A stretch of 49,192 nt of DNA, taken from assembly GCA_919901335.1 (NCBI GenBank), contig CAKKOZ010000088.1, forward strand, positions 34,291 to 83,482. The letters are read 5' to 3'. This document shows positions 1-9,261 of this stretch, piece after piece. The translations under genes were made by a program, and so were the position numbers. Numbering within the stretch: the stretch's first letter is position 1; every line of letters starts with the position of its first letter. Source of the DNA: Nitrospiria bacterium (GTDB lineage Bacteria > Nitrospirota > Nitrospiria > JACQBZ01). The notes below the pieces were generated by a model. It worked only from the letters and a program-made list of their open reading frames with translations, did not search any database and was not told the origin of the DNA.

Positions 1-82
1 AAAATCCGGCGTGGTGGGGGAGAATCAAGTCCGGGGAGTTCCGGAAATATTACGAAAAAATGTACACGGGACGGGAAGCAAC

Positions 83-922
83 GTGAGGGTATTCGTGACG
101 GGGGGGGAGGGTCAACTGGGCCGGGCCATGGCCTCGACCTTTGCCGGTGATGAGCTCTATCTCGGCCGTCATTCGACGGAGGACATTACCCGCAACGAGA
201 TGATAGAAACCGTCATCCGTTTCAGACCCGATGTGATTGTCCATGCCGCGGCCATGACGGATGTGGATGCCTGTGAATTGAAACCAGACCAGGCATTCCT
301 TGTGAACGAACAGGGCACGCGCCATGTGGCTCAAGCGGCCAAGCAGACCGGTGCCTTGATGGTTTACGTCTCGACCGATTATGTATTCGACGGGACCAAA
401 GAATCACCCTATCTTGAGACGGATCCCACCAACCCCGTCAATGTTTACGGACAGTCCAAGCGGGCCGGGGAGCGGGCAACACAGGAAACGGCGGACCGCT
501 GGCTGATCGTCCGGACCTCATGGGTTTACGGTGAAGGGCGGAAAAATTTCGTGACCAACGTACTGGAATGGGCCAAAACACAGCCGGTCCTCCGATTGGT
601 AAAGGACAAAGTGGGGAGCCCGACATACGCGGTGGATCTGGCCCGGGCGATCCGTCACCTGATCAACGCTGGAGTTTCAAGCAGGACCTTCCATGCCAGC
701 GGCGAAGGGTGCTGTACCTGGGTGGAGTACGGGCAGGAGATTCTGAAGAGGGTCGGTGTTGAAAAAGAAATCGTTCCGATTCTATTCGAGGAACTCAAGC
801 GTCCGGCCCAACGGCCTTCCTATTCGGTCTTGAAGAATGCGCCACTCAATCAAACGGGTTTTACCATGCGTTTATGGAAGCCGGCATTACGGGAGTTCCT
901 TGAGAGTGGGGTCTTGAAGTGA
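83..922 (+). CDS. rfbD: dTDP-4-dehydrorhamnose reductase (RmlD/RfbD)
   Basis: The Rossmann N-terminus VFVTGGEGQLG follows directly after an in-frame GTG at 83. STDYVFDG and the YGQSKRAGE (YxxxK) motif are present. The 11..922 ORF start is probably too far upstream. The stop overlaps the next start (GTGA at 919). Confidence 0.85.
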   Translation: MRVFVTGGEGQLGRAMASTFAGDELYLGRHSTEDITRNEMIETVIRFRPDVIVHAAAMTDVDACELKPDQAFLVNEQGTRHVAQAAKQTGALMVYVSTDYVFDGTKESPYLETDPTNPVNVYGQSKRAGERATQETADRWLIVRTSWVYGEGRKNFVTNVLEWAKTQPVLRLVKDKVGSPTYAVDLARAIRHLINAGVSSRTFHASGEGCCTWVEYGQEILKRVGVEKEIVPILFEELKRPAQRPSYSVLKNAPLNQTGFTMRLWKPALREFLESGVLK

Positions 923-1695
923 TTAATCGCCTGCTCCAGATCTACCGGTACCGCGCACTGATCCAGATCCTGATCATCCGAGAGCTGAAGGCGCGGTATC
1001 GGGGGACCTTCTTGGGTTTTCTCTGGTCCTTTGTAAATCCTCTGGTCCTGATGGCGATCTATGTGCTGGTCTTTTCGATCTATCTGCGAATGGATATGGA
1101 GAATTATCCTGTTTTCCTGCTTTGCGGGATCCTTCCCTGGGCTTGGTTTTCCTCGGGGCTCAGTGAGGCGACACTTTCTATTATCGGGAATGGCAGCCTG
1201 ATCAAAAAGGTCTATCTTCCATCCGAGATCTTTCCTTTAGTCTCTATCGGCTCCAACATGGTGCATTATCTCCTGAGCATACCGATCCTGCTTATTTTCA
1301 TTGTCTCTTTTGGGATGGAACCTTCTTGGCCGCTGCTTTTGTTGCCGCTTATCTTTTTGATTCAGTTTGTTTTCACCTACAGCCTGGCGCTCATCCTGTC
1401 TTCACTGGCGGTGCAGTTTCGGGACCTGCTTCATATTGTGCCGAACTTCTTGATGATCTGGTTCTTCCTGACGCCCATTTTCTATCCCATGACCCTGGTG
1501 CCGGAAAAGTACCGCGCCCTGGTGGACTTCAACCCGATGGCTCAACTGATCATGGCGTACCAGGACATTTTCTTTTATAATCGCATCCCCTCGATACCGG
1601 GCTTGGCGGTATTAACGGGCCTGTCCTGTGTTCTATTGGTCATCGGTTTTTCTCTCTTTGAAGCCCGTAAAGATCTGTTTGCGGAAGAGGTGTAG
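919..1695 (+). CDS. wzm: ABC-2 type polysaccharide/O-antigen export permease (Wzm/TagG-like)
   Basis: 258 aa and polytopic. The N-terminal YRYRALIQILIIRELKARYRGTFLGFLWSFVNPL segment is typical of ABC-2 permeases. It lies directly upstream of the matching ATPase. Confidence 0.8.
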   Translation: MINRLLQIYRYRALIQILIIRELKARYRGTFLGFLWSFVNPLVLMAIYVLVFSIYLRMDMENYPVFLLCGILPWAWFSSGLSEATLSIIGNGSLIKKVYLPSEIFPLVSIGSNMVHYLLSIPILLIFIVSFGMEPSWPLLLLPLIFLIQFVFTYSLALILSSLAVQFRDLLHIVPNFLMIWFFLTPIFYPMTLVPEKYRALVDFNPMAQLIMAYQDIFFYNRIPSIPGLAVLTGLSCVLLVIGFSLFEARKDLFAEEV

Positions 1696-1698
1696 TCT

Positions 1699-2442
1699 GT
1701 GGCGGCGATCGAATTAAAAGGCGTATCCAAGAAGTACCGGAGGCATATCGAGCGGCCGCTGGCCACCACGCTCAAGTCCTATTTCTTGCGTGACCTGTGG
1801 CATCGTCGCGATGACAGCAAGGATGTCATCTGGGCCCTGCACAACGTAGATTTCAAGGTCGGACAAGGGACAACCGTGGGGATTATTGGTCGAAATGGTT
1901 CTGGAAAAAGCACGCTGCTGAAGCTCATCAGCCGGATCCTGAAGCCTGACGTGGGAACGGTGACTGTTCATGGAAAGGTCGCGGCTCTGCTCGAATTAGG
2001 CGCAGGCTTTCATCCCGAACTCACCGGGAGGGAGAACGTCATCATTAACGGGATTATCTTGGGGCTGACCAAAAGTGAGATCAAGTCCAAACTGGATGAG
2101 ATCATTGACTTTGCCGAGCTTCGGGAGTACATTGATGACCCGATCCGGACCTATTCCAGCGGGATGTATATGCGCCTGGGTTTTTCAGTCGCGGTGCATA
2201 TCGACCCCGAGATTCTCCTGATCGATGAGGTTCTTGCCGTGGGCGATGCCGCCTTTACGAGAAAGTGCATGGACCGTATGAACCATTTCAAGAAGGTGGG
2301 GAAAACCATGGTGCTGGTGACCCACGACCTCCGAATGGTCCGATCCTGGTGTGATGAAGGCATCTGGCTGAATAGGGGCGTTGTACAGATGCAAGGGAAT
2401 CCCGGCGACGTGGTCGAGGCCTATGCCAAAGAAACGCTTTAA
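1699..2442 (+). CDS. wzt: Polysaccharide/O-antigen export ABC ATPase (Wzt/TagH-like), short form without a C-terminal carbohydrate-binding domain
   Basis: Walker A is GRNGSGKSTLLKLI, the signature is YSSGMYMRLGF, and Walker B is LLIDEVLAVGD. At 247 aa it is only the nucleotide-binding domain. Confidence 0.85.
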   Translation: MAAIELKGVSKKYRRHIERPLATTLKSYFLRDLWHRRDDSKDVIWALHNVDFKVGQGTTVGIIGRNGSGKSTLLKLISRILKPDVGTVTVHGKVAALLELGAGFHPELTGRENVIINGIILGLTKSEIKSKLDEIIDFAELREYIDDPIRTYSSGMYMRLGFSVAVHIDPEILLIDEVLAVGDAAFTRKCMDRMNHFKKVGKTMVLVTHDLRMVRSWCDEGIWLNRGVVQMQGNPGDVVEAYAKETL

Positions 2443-2830
2443 TTCCGTCGCTGAGAAAGGTTTTACCCTTATCGAAATATTAATCGTTGTCGGCATCATA
2501 GGCCTCATCGCCTCCCTGGTCGTGCCTAATCTCCTGGGCCGATACGAGAGGGCCAAGGGGGAGATCGCGAAGGCCCAGGTGGAGATGCTCTCGTCGGCCG
2601 TTCAGGCCTTCATCCTGGATACGGGAAGATGCCCCAAGTCGCTGACGGACCTGATCCATTCGGACGATTCCAAATGGGAGGGGCCTTATCTTTCAAAAGA
2701 TAGGATCCCCCTGGACCCCTGGAACCGGGATTACCAATACAAATGTCCGGGAGAACATGGCCGCTTTGACATCTATTCCCTGGGGCCAAACAACCGGTTT
2801 GATGAAGAGAGTATAAAGAGCTGGGAATGA
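2423..2830 (+). CDS. gspG: Type II secretion major pseudopilin GspG
   Basis: Prepilin leader and processing site are MPKKRFNSVAEKG/FTLIEILIVVGIIG. The GspG hallmark WEGPYL...LDPWNRDYQYKCPGEHGRFDIYSLGPN is present. ATG at 2423 is preferred over the ORF start at 2381 and overlaps the wzt end by 20 nt. Confidence 0.88.
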   Translation: MPKKRFNSVAEKGFTLIEILIVVGIIGLIASLVVPNLLGRYERAKGEIAKAQVEMLSSAVQAFILDTGRCPKSLTDLIHSDDSKWEGPYLSKDRIPLDPWNRDYQYKCPGEHGRFDIYSLGPNNRFDEESIKSWE

Positions 2831-4512
2831 TGCTCATTGGAGATCTACTCATAAAGCTCTACGGCCTCAAGATCGAAGACATCGACCGGGCCCTGGAGAT
2901 CCAAAAACAAGTCGGGGGCGCCATCGGACAGCTCCTGATCCAGATCGGTTTAATTAATGAAACCCAATTGATTCATGCCCTCTCCGGGCAACTCAAACTC
3001 CCCGTTTACAATCATGAGAACGGCCTTCCCGATGTTGAAGGCCTACGGTCCTACCTGGAGGGAAAAATCGCCATCGACTTTGTCGTCAAGAACAAATTTG
3101 TCCCTGTGAGGATAGACCCTAAAGACCGAAAGGTCACTTTTATAACGAATGACCCGTTGAATAATTCTCTCCTGGATTACCTTGTCAAGTCCATGGACTA
3201 CGATCTGCAAATTCAATTGGCCCCTGAGGAGGTCATCAAGGATATTTCGAAAGCCTATTCTGCGGATTCCGTGGGGGAGACGGTTTCGTTATACATCAAG
3301 GAAACACCGGAGAGACTCAAAGAGATGGCCTTTGAGGCGCCGGTCATTAAATATCTCAACGGCCTCATCAGTCGGGCGGTGGAGTTAAGGGCCTCCGATA
3401 TTCATATTCAACCGTACGGAACGAAATATAAGATCCGGTTCAGAGTCGATGGCGTACTGCATGATACGGACTCGATCCCGGAGGAATTTTATCTTGCTCT
3501 GGTATCAAGGGTCAAGCTTCTTTCGAGCTTGAATATTGCGGAAAAGAGACTGCCTCAGGATGGAAAGTTAAGCACCCGGGTGAGTTCAACCATTCTGGAC
3601 ATCCGGATATCCACCCTCCCCACCGTGGGGGGCGAAGATGTCGTCATGAGGCTTTTATATCGGGAGAGACTCCACTTTGATCTGAGGTCTCTTGGGCAGA
3701 AAGAAGACCACTATCGCATGGCCGGGGATATGCTCTCCAAGCCCTACGGGATGATCCTCGTCACGGGGCCGACCGGTTCAGGAAAGACCACGACCCTTTA
3801 TTCGATGCTCACCTCCCTGAACAATAATGAAAAAAAAATCGTGACCATCGAAGACCCCGTGGAGTATCAGATTGAAGGTCTCAATCAGGTCCAGGTCAAA
3901 ACCGATATCGAATTGACCTTCGCCCATGCCCTCCGGTCCATCTTAAGACACGACCCGGACATCATCATGGTGGGGGAGATCCGCGACGTGGAAACAGCCA
4001 GGATATCCATCCGATCCGCCCTGACAGGCCATCTCGTTTTCTCCACACTCCACACCAATGATGCGCCCAGCAGCCTCTTTAGGTTTTTAGAGATGGGCAT
4101 TGATGACTATTTAATCAACGCCTCTGTGATCGGCATGATGGCCCAGCGGGTTGTTCGAACCAACTGCTCCTTCTGCATCCAGCCGGACCCCCTCCCTCCC
4201 CAGGTCCTGACCCAGTACCGGATCCCTGAGCTCTATGAAAAATTCCGCGACGTGGTGGGGAGCGATATCCAATTCAAAAGAGGGAAGGGATGTCATCGGT
4301 GCGTGGGGACAGGGTATCGAGGGCGGACCGCGATATTTGAGGTGCTGGAATATGACGAAGGCCTGAAGGAGATATTTTTAAAGCAACGATCCCTTGAAGC
4401 GATCCGGGCCTCCCTTCAGTCCCGCCCTGATTTCAGAACGCTCAGAGAGGATGGGATCCTAAAGGTCATCAACGGGTTGACCACCCTGGAAGAAGTTTTG
4501 AGGGTGACCTGA
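2827..4512 (+). CDS. gspE: Type II secretion ATPase GspE
   Basis: 561 aa with a GspE-type N-terminal domain. Walker A is GPTGSGKTTTLYS. VGEIRD and TGHLVFSTLHTN boxes are present, plus the tetracysteine motif CSFC...CHRC. ATGA overlap with gspG. Confidence 0.9.
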   Translation: MMLIGDLLIKLYGLKIEDIDRALEIQKQVGGAIGQLLIQIGLINETQLIHALSGQLKLPVYNHENGLPDVEGLRSYLEGKIAIDFVVKNKFVPVRIDPKDRKVTFITNDPLNNSLLDYLVKSMDYDLQIQLAPEEVIKDISKAYSADSVGETVSLYIKETPERLKEMAFEAPVIKYLNGLISRAVELRASDIHIQPYGTKYKIRFRVDGVLHDTDSIPEEFYLALVSRVKLLSSLNIAEKRLPQDGKLSTRVSSTILDIRISTLPTVGGEDVVMRLLYRERLHFDLRSLGQKEDHYRMAGDMLSKPYGMILVTGPTGSGKTTTLYSMLTSLNNNEKKIVTIEDPVEYQIEGLNQVQVKTDIELTFAHALRSILRHDPDIIMVGEIRDVETARISIRSALTGHLVFSTLHTNDAPSSLFRFLEMGIDDYLINASVIGMMAQRVVRTNCSFCIQPDPLPPQVLTQYRIPELYEKFRDVVGSDIQFKRGKGCHRCVGTGYRGRTAIFEVLEYDEGLKEIFLKQRSLEAIRASLQSRPDFRTLREDGILKVINGLTTLEEVLRVT

Positions 4513-5711
4513 TGGATTATAAATATCGGTGCGTTGATATTTCGGGAAAGGAAGTTCGGGGAGCATTGCCCGCCCTGGACATCGGCGATGCCAAATCCAG
4601 GTTGAAGGCGATGGGACTCATCGCGATTGAGTTGGCTGAAAGAAAGGACCTGTTTGTGAGGGAATACGGAGGTCGGAAAAGGATCACCGATACCGATTTA
4701 TACCATCTCTCGAAGGAATTGAGTGTTCTTTTAAGCGCGAGGATCACGATTGATAAGGCGATGGAGACGCTGATCGCCTCCGTCTCAAACGGAGCCGTCA
4801 AGGCCACGATGCAATATGTGTTAGGTGAAATGAAAGGGGGGAAGCGGTTATCCCAGGCCTTTGAAGAGACCCGGCGTTTCAACCCACTCGTGAATGTCAT
4901 GATCCGGGTCGGTGAGGATGTCGGGGATCTCCGATCGGCCTTCGAGAACATTGCCGAGTACATGCATTTTAAAATACAATTCAAGAACGAGATCCGAAAC
5001 GCAACCACCTATCCTCTTTTCCTGGTCGTCGCCAGCATGGTCACCCTTCTGGTGATCGTTAAATTAATCCTGCCGCGATTTTTCAGCATCTTTGGTCCCG
5101 ACAAGGCGTCGTTGCCCTTTGTGACCAAGGCGCTCTATTCCATCAGTCAATCCATCAATCTCACCAATCTACTGATCCTCCTGGTTCTGATGGGTCTCAT
5201 CGGGTTGGGGCTCCGGCGGATCAATCTCAGGGAGATGTTTCAAAAAGTCTACTCCTACCTGATCTTTATCCCCTTTTTAAAGAACATGATCATTTATCTT
5301 GAGCTGTCGAGGTTTTCCTATGCGATGTATTACATGCTCAAGGGGGGTGTTGAATTCATCCATGCCTTGCGGTTATCAACGGGCCTGATCCAAAACACCC
5401 CGATCCGGGTTGCCGTGGAAAGAACCCTCCCCCCGATTAAAGAAGGGAAAAGCATCGCCGAGGTGTTTTCTTATATCAGTTTCCTGCCCCCGATGATGCC
5501 CGGCATGCTGAGGGCGGGTGAAGCCAGCGGTAATCTGAAGGAGATCTTTTTTGAACTCTACCGTGTCTTTAATGAGCGCTTTACCAATTCCATGAAAAGG
5601 CTGGGCGTCCTTCTGGAACCCGTCATCATCACGATCACGGGGATCGTGATCGGGATCATCGTCATCTCATTGATGCTGACCGTCATGAGCGCCAGCAACA
5701 TCCGGTTATGA
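4512..5711 (+). CDS. gspF: Type II secretion inner-membrane platform protein GspF
   Basis: 399 aa with duplicated GspF/PilC-type cytoplasmic domains and three hydrophobic segments. TGATG overlap with gspE. Confidence 0.85.
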   Translation: MDYKYRCVDISGKEVRGALPALDIGDAKSRLKAMGLIAIELAERKDLFVREYGGRKRITDTDLYHLSKELSVLLSARITIDKAMETLIASVSNGAVKATMQYVLGEMKGGKRLSQAFEETRRFNPLVNVMIRVGEDVGDLRSAFENIAEYMHFKIQFKNEIRNATTYPLFLVVASMVTLLVIVKLILPRFFSIFGPDKASLPFVTKALYSISQSINLTNLLILLVLMGLIGLGLRRINLREMFQKVYSYLIFIPFLKNMIIYLELSRFSYAMYYMLKGGVEFIHALRLSTGLIQNTPIRVAVERTLPPIKEGKSIAEVFSYISFLPPMMPGMLRAGEASGNLKEIFFELYRVFNERFTNSMKRLGVLLEPVIITITGIVIGIIVISLMLTVMSASNIRL

Positions 5712-6100
5712 GAAAGGGGTTCACGCTGATTGAAATCCTGCTGGTGATGACGCTGATCGGGGTGATGTTATCCGTGGTCCTTCCGGTTTCCTATTCGATG
5801 GTCAAGCGCTACCAGGAATCGCTGGAGGCGGAGAAGGTGTTGATGCTCCTTTCGTCTCTAAGAAGGGAATCCTTTCTCTACAGCCGGGAGATGCGGATCG
5901 AAACCCAGGAGGGGGGCTTGATCATGGGGGATCATGAAGAAAAGAGATTCAAGGCCGTCTTTATCCATGCGGACCAACCCATCCTCTTTTATAAAAATGG
6001 GACGAGCTCGGGAGGGCAATTAGGGTTGAGGATGGAGAGCGGTTCCTATCTCATCCAGATCCAGGGCCCCTCGGGCGACATGAAACTCGTCCGACAATGA
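5708..6100 (+). CDS. Minor pseudopilin (GspH-like)
   Basis: N-terminus is MRKG/FTLIEILLVMTLIGVML, a prepilin cleavage/methylation motif with Glu5. 130 aa. ATGA overlap with gspF. The position after gspF and the FYKNGTSSGG segment fit GspH. Confidence 0.6.
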   Translation: MRKGFTLIEILLVMTLIGVMLSVVLPVSYSMVKRYQESLEAEKVLMLLSSLRRESFLYSREMRIETQEGGLIMGDHEEKRFKAVFIHADQPILFYKNGTSSGGQLGLRMESGSYLIQIQGPSGDMKLVRQ

Positions 6101-6107
6101 GAAGGGC

Positions 6108-6536
6108 ATGTTGAAGGGAAACAGGGGATTCCTTCTCATCGATGTCTTGATCGCCGGTCTCATCCTGTCCGCCAGCATTGCGGCAACGATGTATCTCTTC
6201 CGACTTGGCTTCGAACATCTCCAGGACAGGGCCCATGTCTCCAACGCCCTTTCCTCGAAACTACCCCAGTCCCTCAACCTGCTCCAGGTCACCGACCTGG
6301 AGCAAAAACAGGGCGTTGAGGAGATGGGAGGGGGTGTGACACTGGCCTGGGAGTCGGAGATCCTGGCGAGGACAAGGCCCGTGATGGGGACAGGGGAATC
6401 AAGCCTCCCCGGGGCCCATGAACTTTTCCTCTACCAGGTGAATTTTAAGCTCATCTATGGGAGTCATGCCAGGGAGTACGAGCTTCATGCCTTTCGGTAT
6501 AAGACGCTGGGTTCGCCTTCAGAGGGCGTATTCTAA
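6108..6536 (+). CDS. Minor pseudopilin (GspI-like), atypical Asp at position +5
   Basis: MLKGNRG/FLLIDVLIAGLILSASIAA is a prepilin-like hydrophobic N-terminus. 142 aa. Assigned by position in the pseudopilin series. Confidence 0.5.
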   Translation: MLKGNRGFLLIDVLIAGLILSASIAATMYLFRLGFEHLQDRAHVSNALSSKLPQSLNLLQVTDLEQKQGVEEMGGGVTLAWESEILARTRPVMGTGESSLPGAHELFLYQVNFKLIYGSHAREYELHAFRYKTLGSPSEGVF

Positions 6537-7197
6537 AGAAGGGTATACCCTCATCGAGGTCCTCATCGCGACGGCGGTCTTCAGCGCCATGGTCACCCTT
6601 GCCTCCCTGGCGCTCGATCAGGGCCTGAGACAGTACCGGGGGCTCATGGATCGTGGGATCACTTTTTGGGATAACGCCCGGTACCTCTGGATGAATAAAA
6701 GTTTTGCTTCGGCGGTGGATTATTATGTCCATTCCCGGGGGGACGGATGGTTTCCCTACTTCCGGGGCACCCAGGAAATCATCTCGTACGTCTCCGGTTC
6801 CCCCCTGGCGGGAGATCAGCCTGTGATCGTATGGATCCGAAACGAGCGCCAGGAGGACGGCCGTCGCTCGTGGGTCTATTACGAACAGCCGGTTTATGCC
6901 AAGGGACTCGAAGCGATCGAGCGGGACACCCTCTTCGGGGATTTTAAAAAGGGGAATTCGATCACGCTCCTTAAGGATCTCGAAGCCCTGACGGTCTCGT
7001 TCTATGGCTATGATCCCATGAATAAGCAAGCGTCCTGGACCGCCGATTTTGACGGCCGCAAGAGACGGTTCCTCCCCGAGTTGATCAAGGTGGATTATCA
7101 GGACACGGAGGAAAAAGTAAAAAAAACGATGTTATTTGGGATCAAGACCCATTCACCGATGAAGACGGTTTACAACGAGCGATACCCCCATGAATGA
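6487..7197 (+). CDS. Minor pseudopilin (GspJ-like)
   Basis: Contains ...SKEG/YTLIEVLIATAVFSAMVTLA, a prepilin motif with Glu5. The start is uncertain (ATG at 6457, 6466 or 6487). It overlaps the end of the previous gene. Confidence 0.55.
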   Translation: MPFGIRRWVRLQRAYSKEGYTLIEVLIATAVFSAMVTLASLALDQGLRQYRGLMDRGITFWDNARYLWMNKSFASAVDYYVHSRGDGWFPYFRGTQEIISYVSGSPLAGDQPVIVWIRNERQEDGRRSWVYYEQPVYAKGLEAIERDTLFGDFKKGNSITLLKDLEALTVSFYGYDPMNKQASWTADFDGRKRRFLPELIKVDYQDTEEKVKKTMLFGIKTHSPMKTVYNERYPHE

Positions 7198-8101
7198 GAA
7201 ACAGAAGGGCTCGGCGACCCTCCTGACCCTCTTCGTCTCCGCCATGCTTATTACGGTGGGCATTGGGTTCAACGGGATGGTGAAGGAACACCTGAAGGCC
7301 GCAGAGGACTTGAAGGTCAAGACCGAGGCGATGCTCCGTGCGAGGTCGGCCCTGGACACCCTGACGTATCTCCTCCTGAGCGGAAAAAAAACCTCCAGGG
7401 AATATCTCCTTCAAGCGAACGAACGACTTCTGGACCTTCCGAGGATCCCGCTCAACGGTGATCCCGTGACGGTCGAGGGGGAGGTCAAGATCAGCCTCCA
7501 GGACAGCCACGGGCTGCTCTCATTGACCTCCTTAAACGAATCCGCCGTAAAGCGGCTGATCGAACAGGTGTCGGGCGAAAATGCAGGCGGGATCATGGCG
7601 GGTTATCTGGATTGGACGGACCGCGACCGGTTGATCCGGGTGAATGGGGCGGAAGAATCCTACTACCATTCCGTCGGGTTTCCATACGAGCCGAGAAACT
7701 ATCCCATCCAGTACAAAGAGGAGATGGCCCTGATCAAGGGGATGACGAAAGAGCTGTATCAAAAAATCGAACCCTCCATCACGCTCCTTCCTTCGTTGGG
7801 TTTTAATCCCAATACCGCCTCGGAGGCTGTTTTAAGGGCCTATCTCAATATTGACACGGATGCCGCGAGAGGGCTGAAAGAGGCCATCGCTCAAAGACCC
7901 ATCCTATCCGATATCGAGTTATTTGCCCTGACGGGAAGACAAATCGCGACGGATGAAGGGGTCTATTTTTACCCCTCTCGCTGGATGGAGCTCACCCTTC
8001 AAAGCGGGGCTCCCGATCCGGTTTATACGATTCATGTGGGGATGGATACCCGTCCAACCCTCCGGGCCCCCTACACCCTCGTCTACTGGAGGGAGGAATA
8101 G
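7190..8101 (+). CDS. gspK: Minor pseudopilin GspK-like
   Basis: Hydrophobic N-terminus GSATLLTLFVSAMLITVG without Glu5, as in GspK. GspK-like segments YYHSVGFPYEPRNYPIQYKEEMALIKGM and GFNPNTASEAVLRAYL are present. Confidence 0.65.
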   Translation: MNEKQKGSATLLTLFVSAMLITVGIGFNGMVKEHLKAAEDLKVKTEAMLRARSALDTLTYLLLSGKKTSREYLLQANERLLDLPRIPLNGDPVTVEGEVKISLQDSHGLLSLTSLNESAVKRLIEQVSGENAGGIMAGYLDWTDRDRLIRVNGAEESYYHSVGFPYEPRNYPIQYKEEMALIKGMTKELYQKIEPSITLLPSLGFNPNTASEAVLRAYLNIDTDAARGLKEAIAQRPILSDIELFALTGRQIATDEGVYFYPSRWMELTLQSGAPDPVYTIHVGMDTRPTLRAPYTLVYWREE

Positions 8102-8103
8102 GC

Positions 8104-9261
8104 GTGCTCGTATCCTACTGGCATAAAGACGGCATGGAGGTCTACCGCGTGAAAGACGCCGGGATCGAGACGGTGGCCTCCGGCCGGTTGGATGCCATTC
8201 GGCCCTTCACCGGATGGGGTCGAAAGGTCATGATCGTGGGGCGGGATCGCCTTTTGTGGACGAGAAAGAGGTATCCTCCCACGACAGGAGAAAACCTCGC
8301 GAAGGCCATTCAGATGGATCTTAAAGAACTCTTCCCCCTAAAAGACCCGGCCTTCTCCTTCCGGATCTTCGAGCAGACCCCCGCCTACAGCCTTGTGGAT
8401 ATATGGACATGGGATCGCTCGGACCACCCCGCGATCCGGAAGATTTTTCCGTGGAGCCACATCGTGCCCGAGGATGCGGCGTTCGTCTCCGACGAGTCCG
8501 AGATCAGGGTCCTTGACGATCCGAATGGGCGCCATCTCATGGCACACAACAAAGATGGATTTCTCGGTCGGTTATCCCTAAGGCATCTCACCGGGAAAGA
8601 CGTGGAGCTGTTTTTAAGAAGCCTCGGGAAACACGGCCGGGAGATCAAAACGATAAGACTTCAAACGGCTCCGGGCGAATTAGAGCTCAGCGAAACGATA
8701 CCGGTCGTCCATGAACCGCCGGGGGAATACCCTCCCTGTCTGAAGGACATCCGGCGACTGAACCTCAAGCCCTTTCGATCGGCCCCGGTCATGTCGATGA
8801 TCGCCGCGGTTGATTTCGTGCCGAGGCTGGTTCTCTATCTGATGATCGTCTATGCGGCCTCCCTCTACATCACCCAGGGTCGTTACGACCGAACGATTCA
8901 GGAAACCTCCCAGAGACTCGACGGCCTGACAAAGACGCTCTCGGCCGCAAGCCTGGAGGAAAGCGACCCCTCCGCCCGTACCCTGGCAGAACTTCAAGAA
9001 AGGCGGAAATCCAGGGTGGAGCCCCTCGAGATCATGAACGCACTGGCGAGGAGCCTTCGAGCGCAAAGCGCCGTGACCCGGATGGTCTTGAATGAAAACA
9101 GCCTCGAACTTTCCATCGCCTCAAAGGAGCCTTTAGAGGTCATCCGGGGCCTTTCAACGGCGAATTGCGTTCAGTCGGTAAAGCTAAGGGGAAGCCCGTT
9201 TCAAGGCGAGGGAAACGTCTATAACTTCCTGCTTACATTGGAGCTGAAGCCGTGCAGTTAA
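8104..9261 (+). CDS. T2SS assembly protein, GspL-like (PilM/PilN-type architecture)
   Basis: 385 aa: a cytoplasmic domain of about 230 aa, one TM segment (VPRLVLYLMIVYAASLYI), then a coiled-coil plus small periplasmic domain. GTG start is preceded by GGGAGG. The call rests on architecture and position only. Confidence 0.5.
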   Translation: MLVSYWHKDGMEVYRVKDAGIETVASGRLDAIRPFTGWGRKVMIVGRDRLLWTRKRYPPTTGENLAKAIQMDLKELFPLKDPAFSFRIFEQTPAYSLVDIWTWDRSDHPAIRKIFPWSHIVPEDAAFVSDESEIRVLDDPNGRHLMAHNKDGFLGRLSLRHLTGKDVELFLRSLGKHGREIKTIRLQTAPGELELSETIPVVHEPPGEYPPCLKDIRRLNLKPFRSAPVMSMIAAVDFVPRLVLYLMIVYAASLYITQGRYDRTIQETSQRLDGLTKTLSAASLEESDPSARTLAELQERRKSRVEPLEIMNALARSLRAQSAVTRMVLNENSLELSIASKEPLEVIRGLSTANCVQSVKLRGSPFQGEGNVYNFLLTLELKPCS

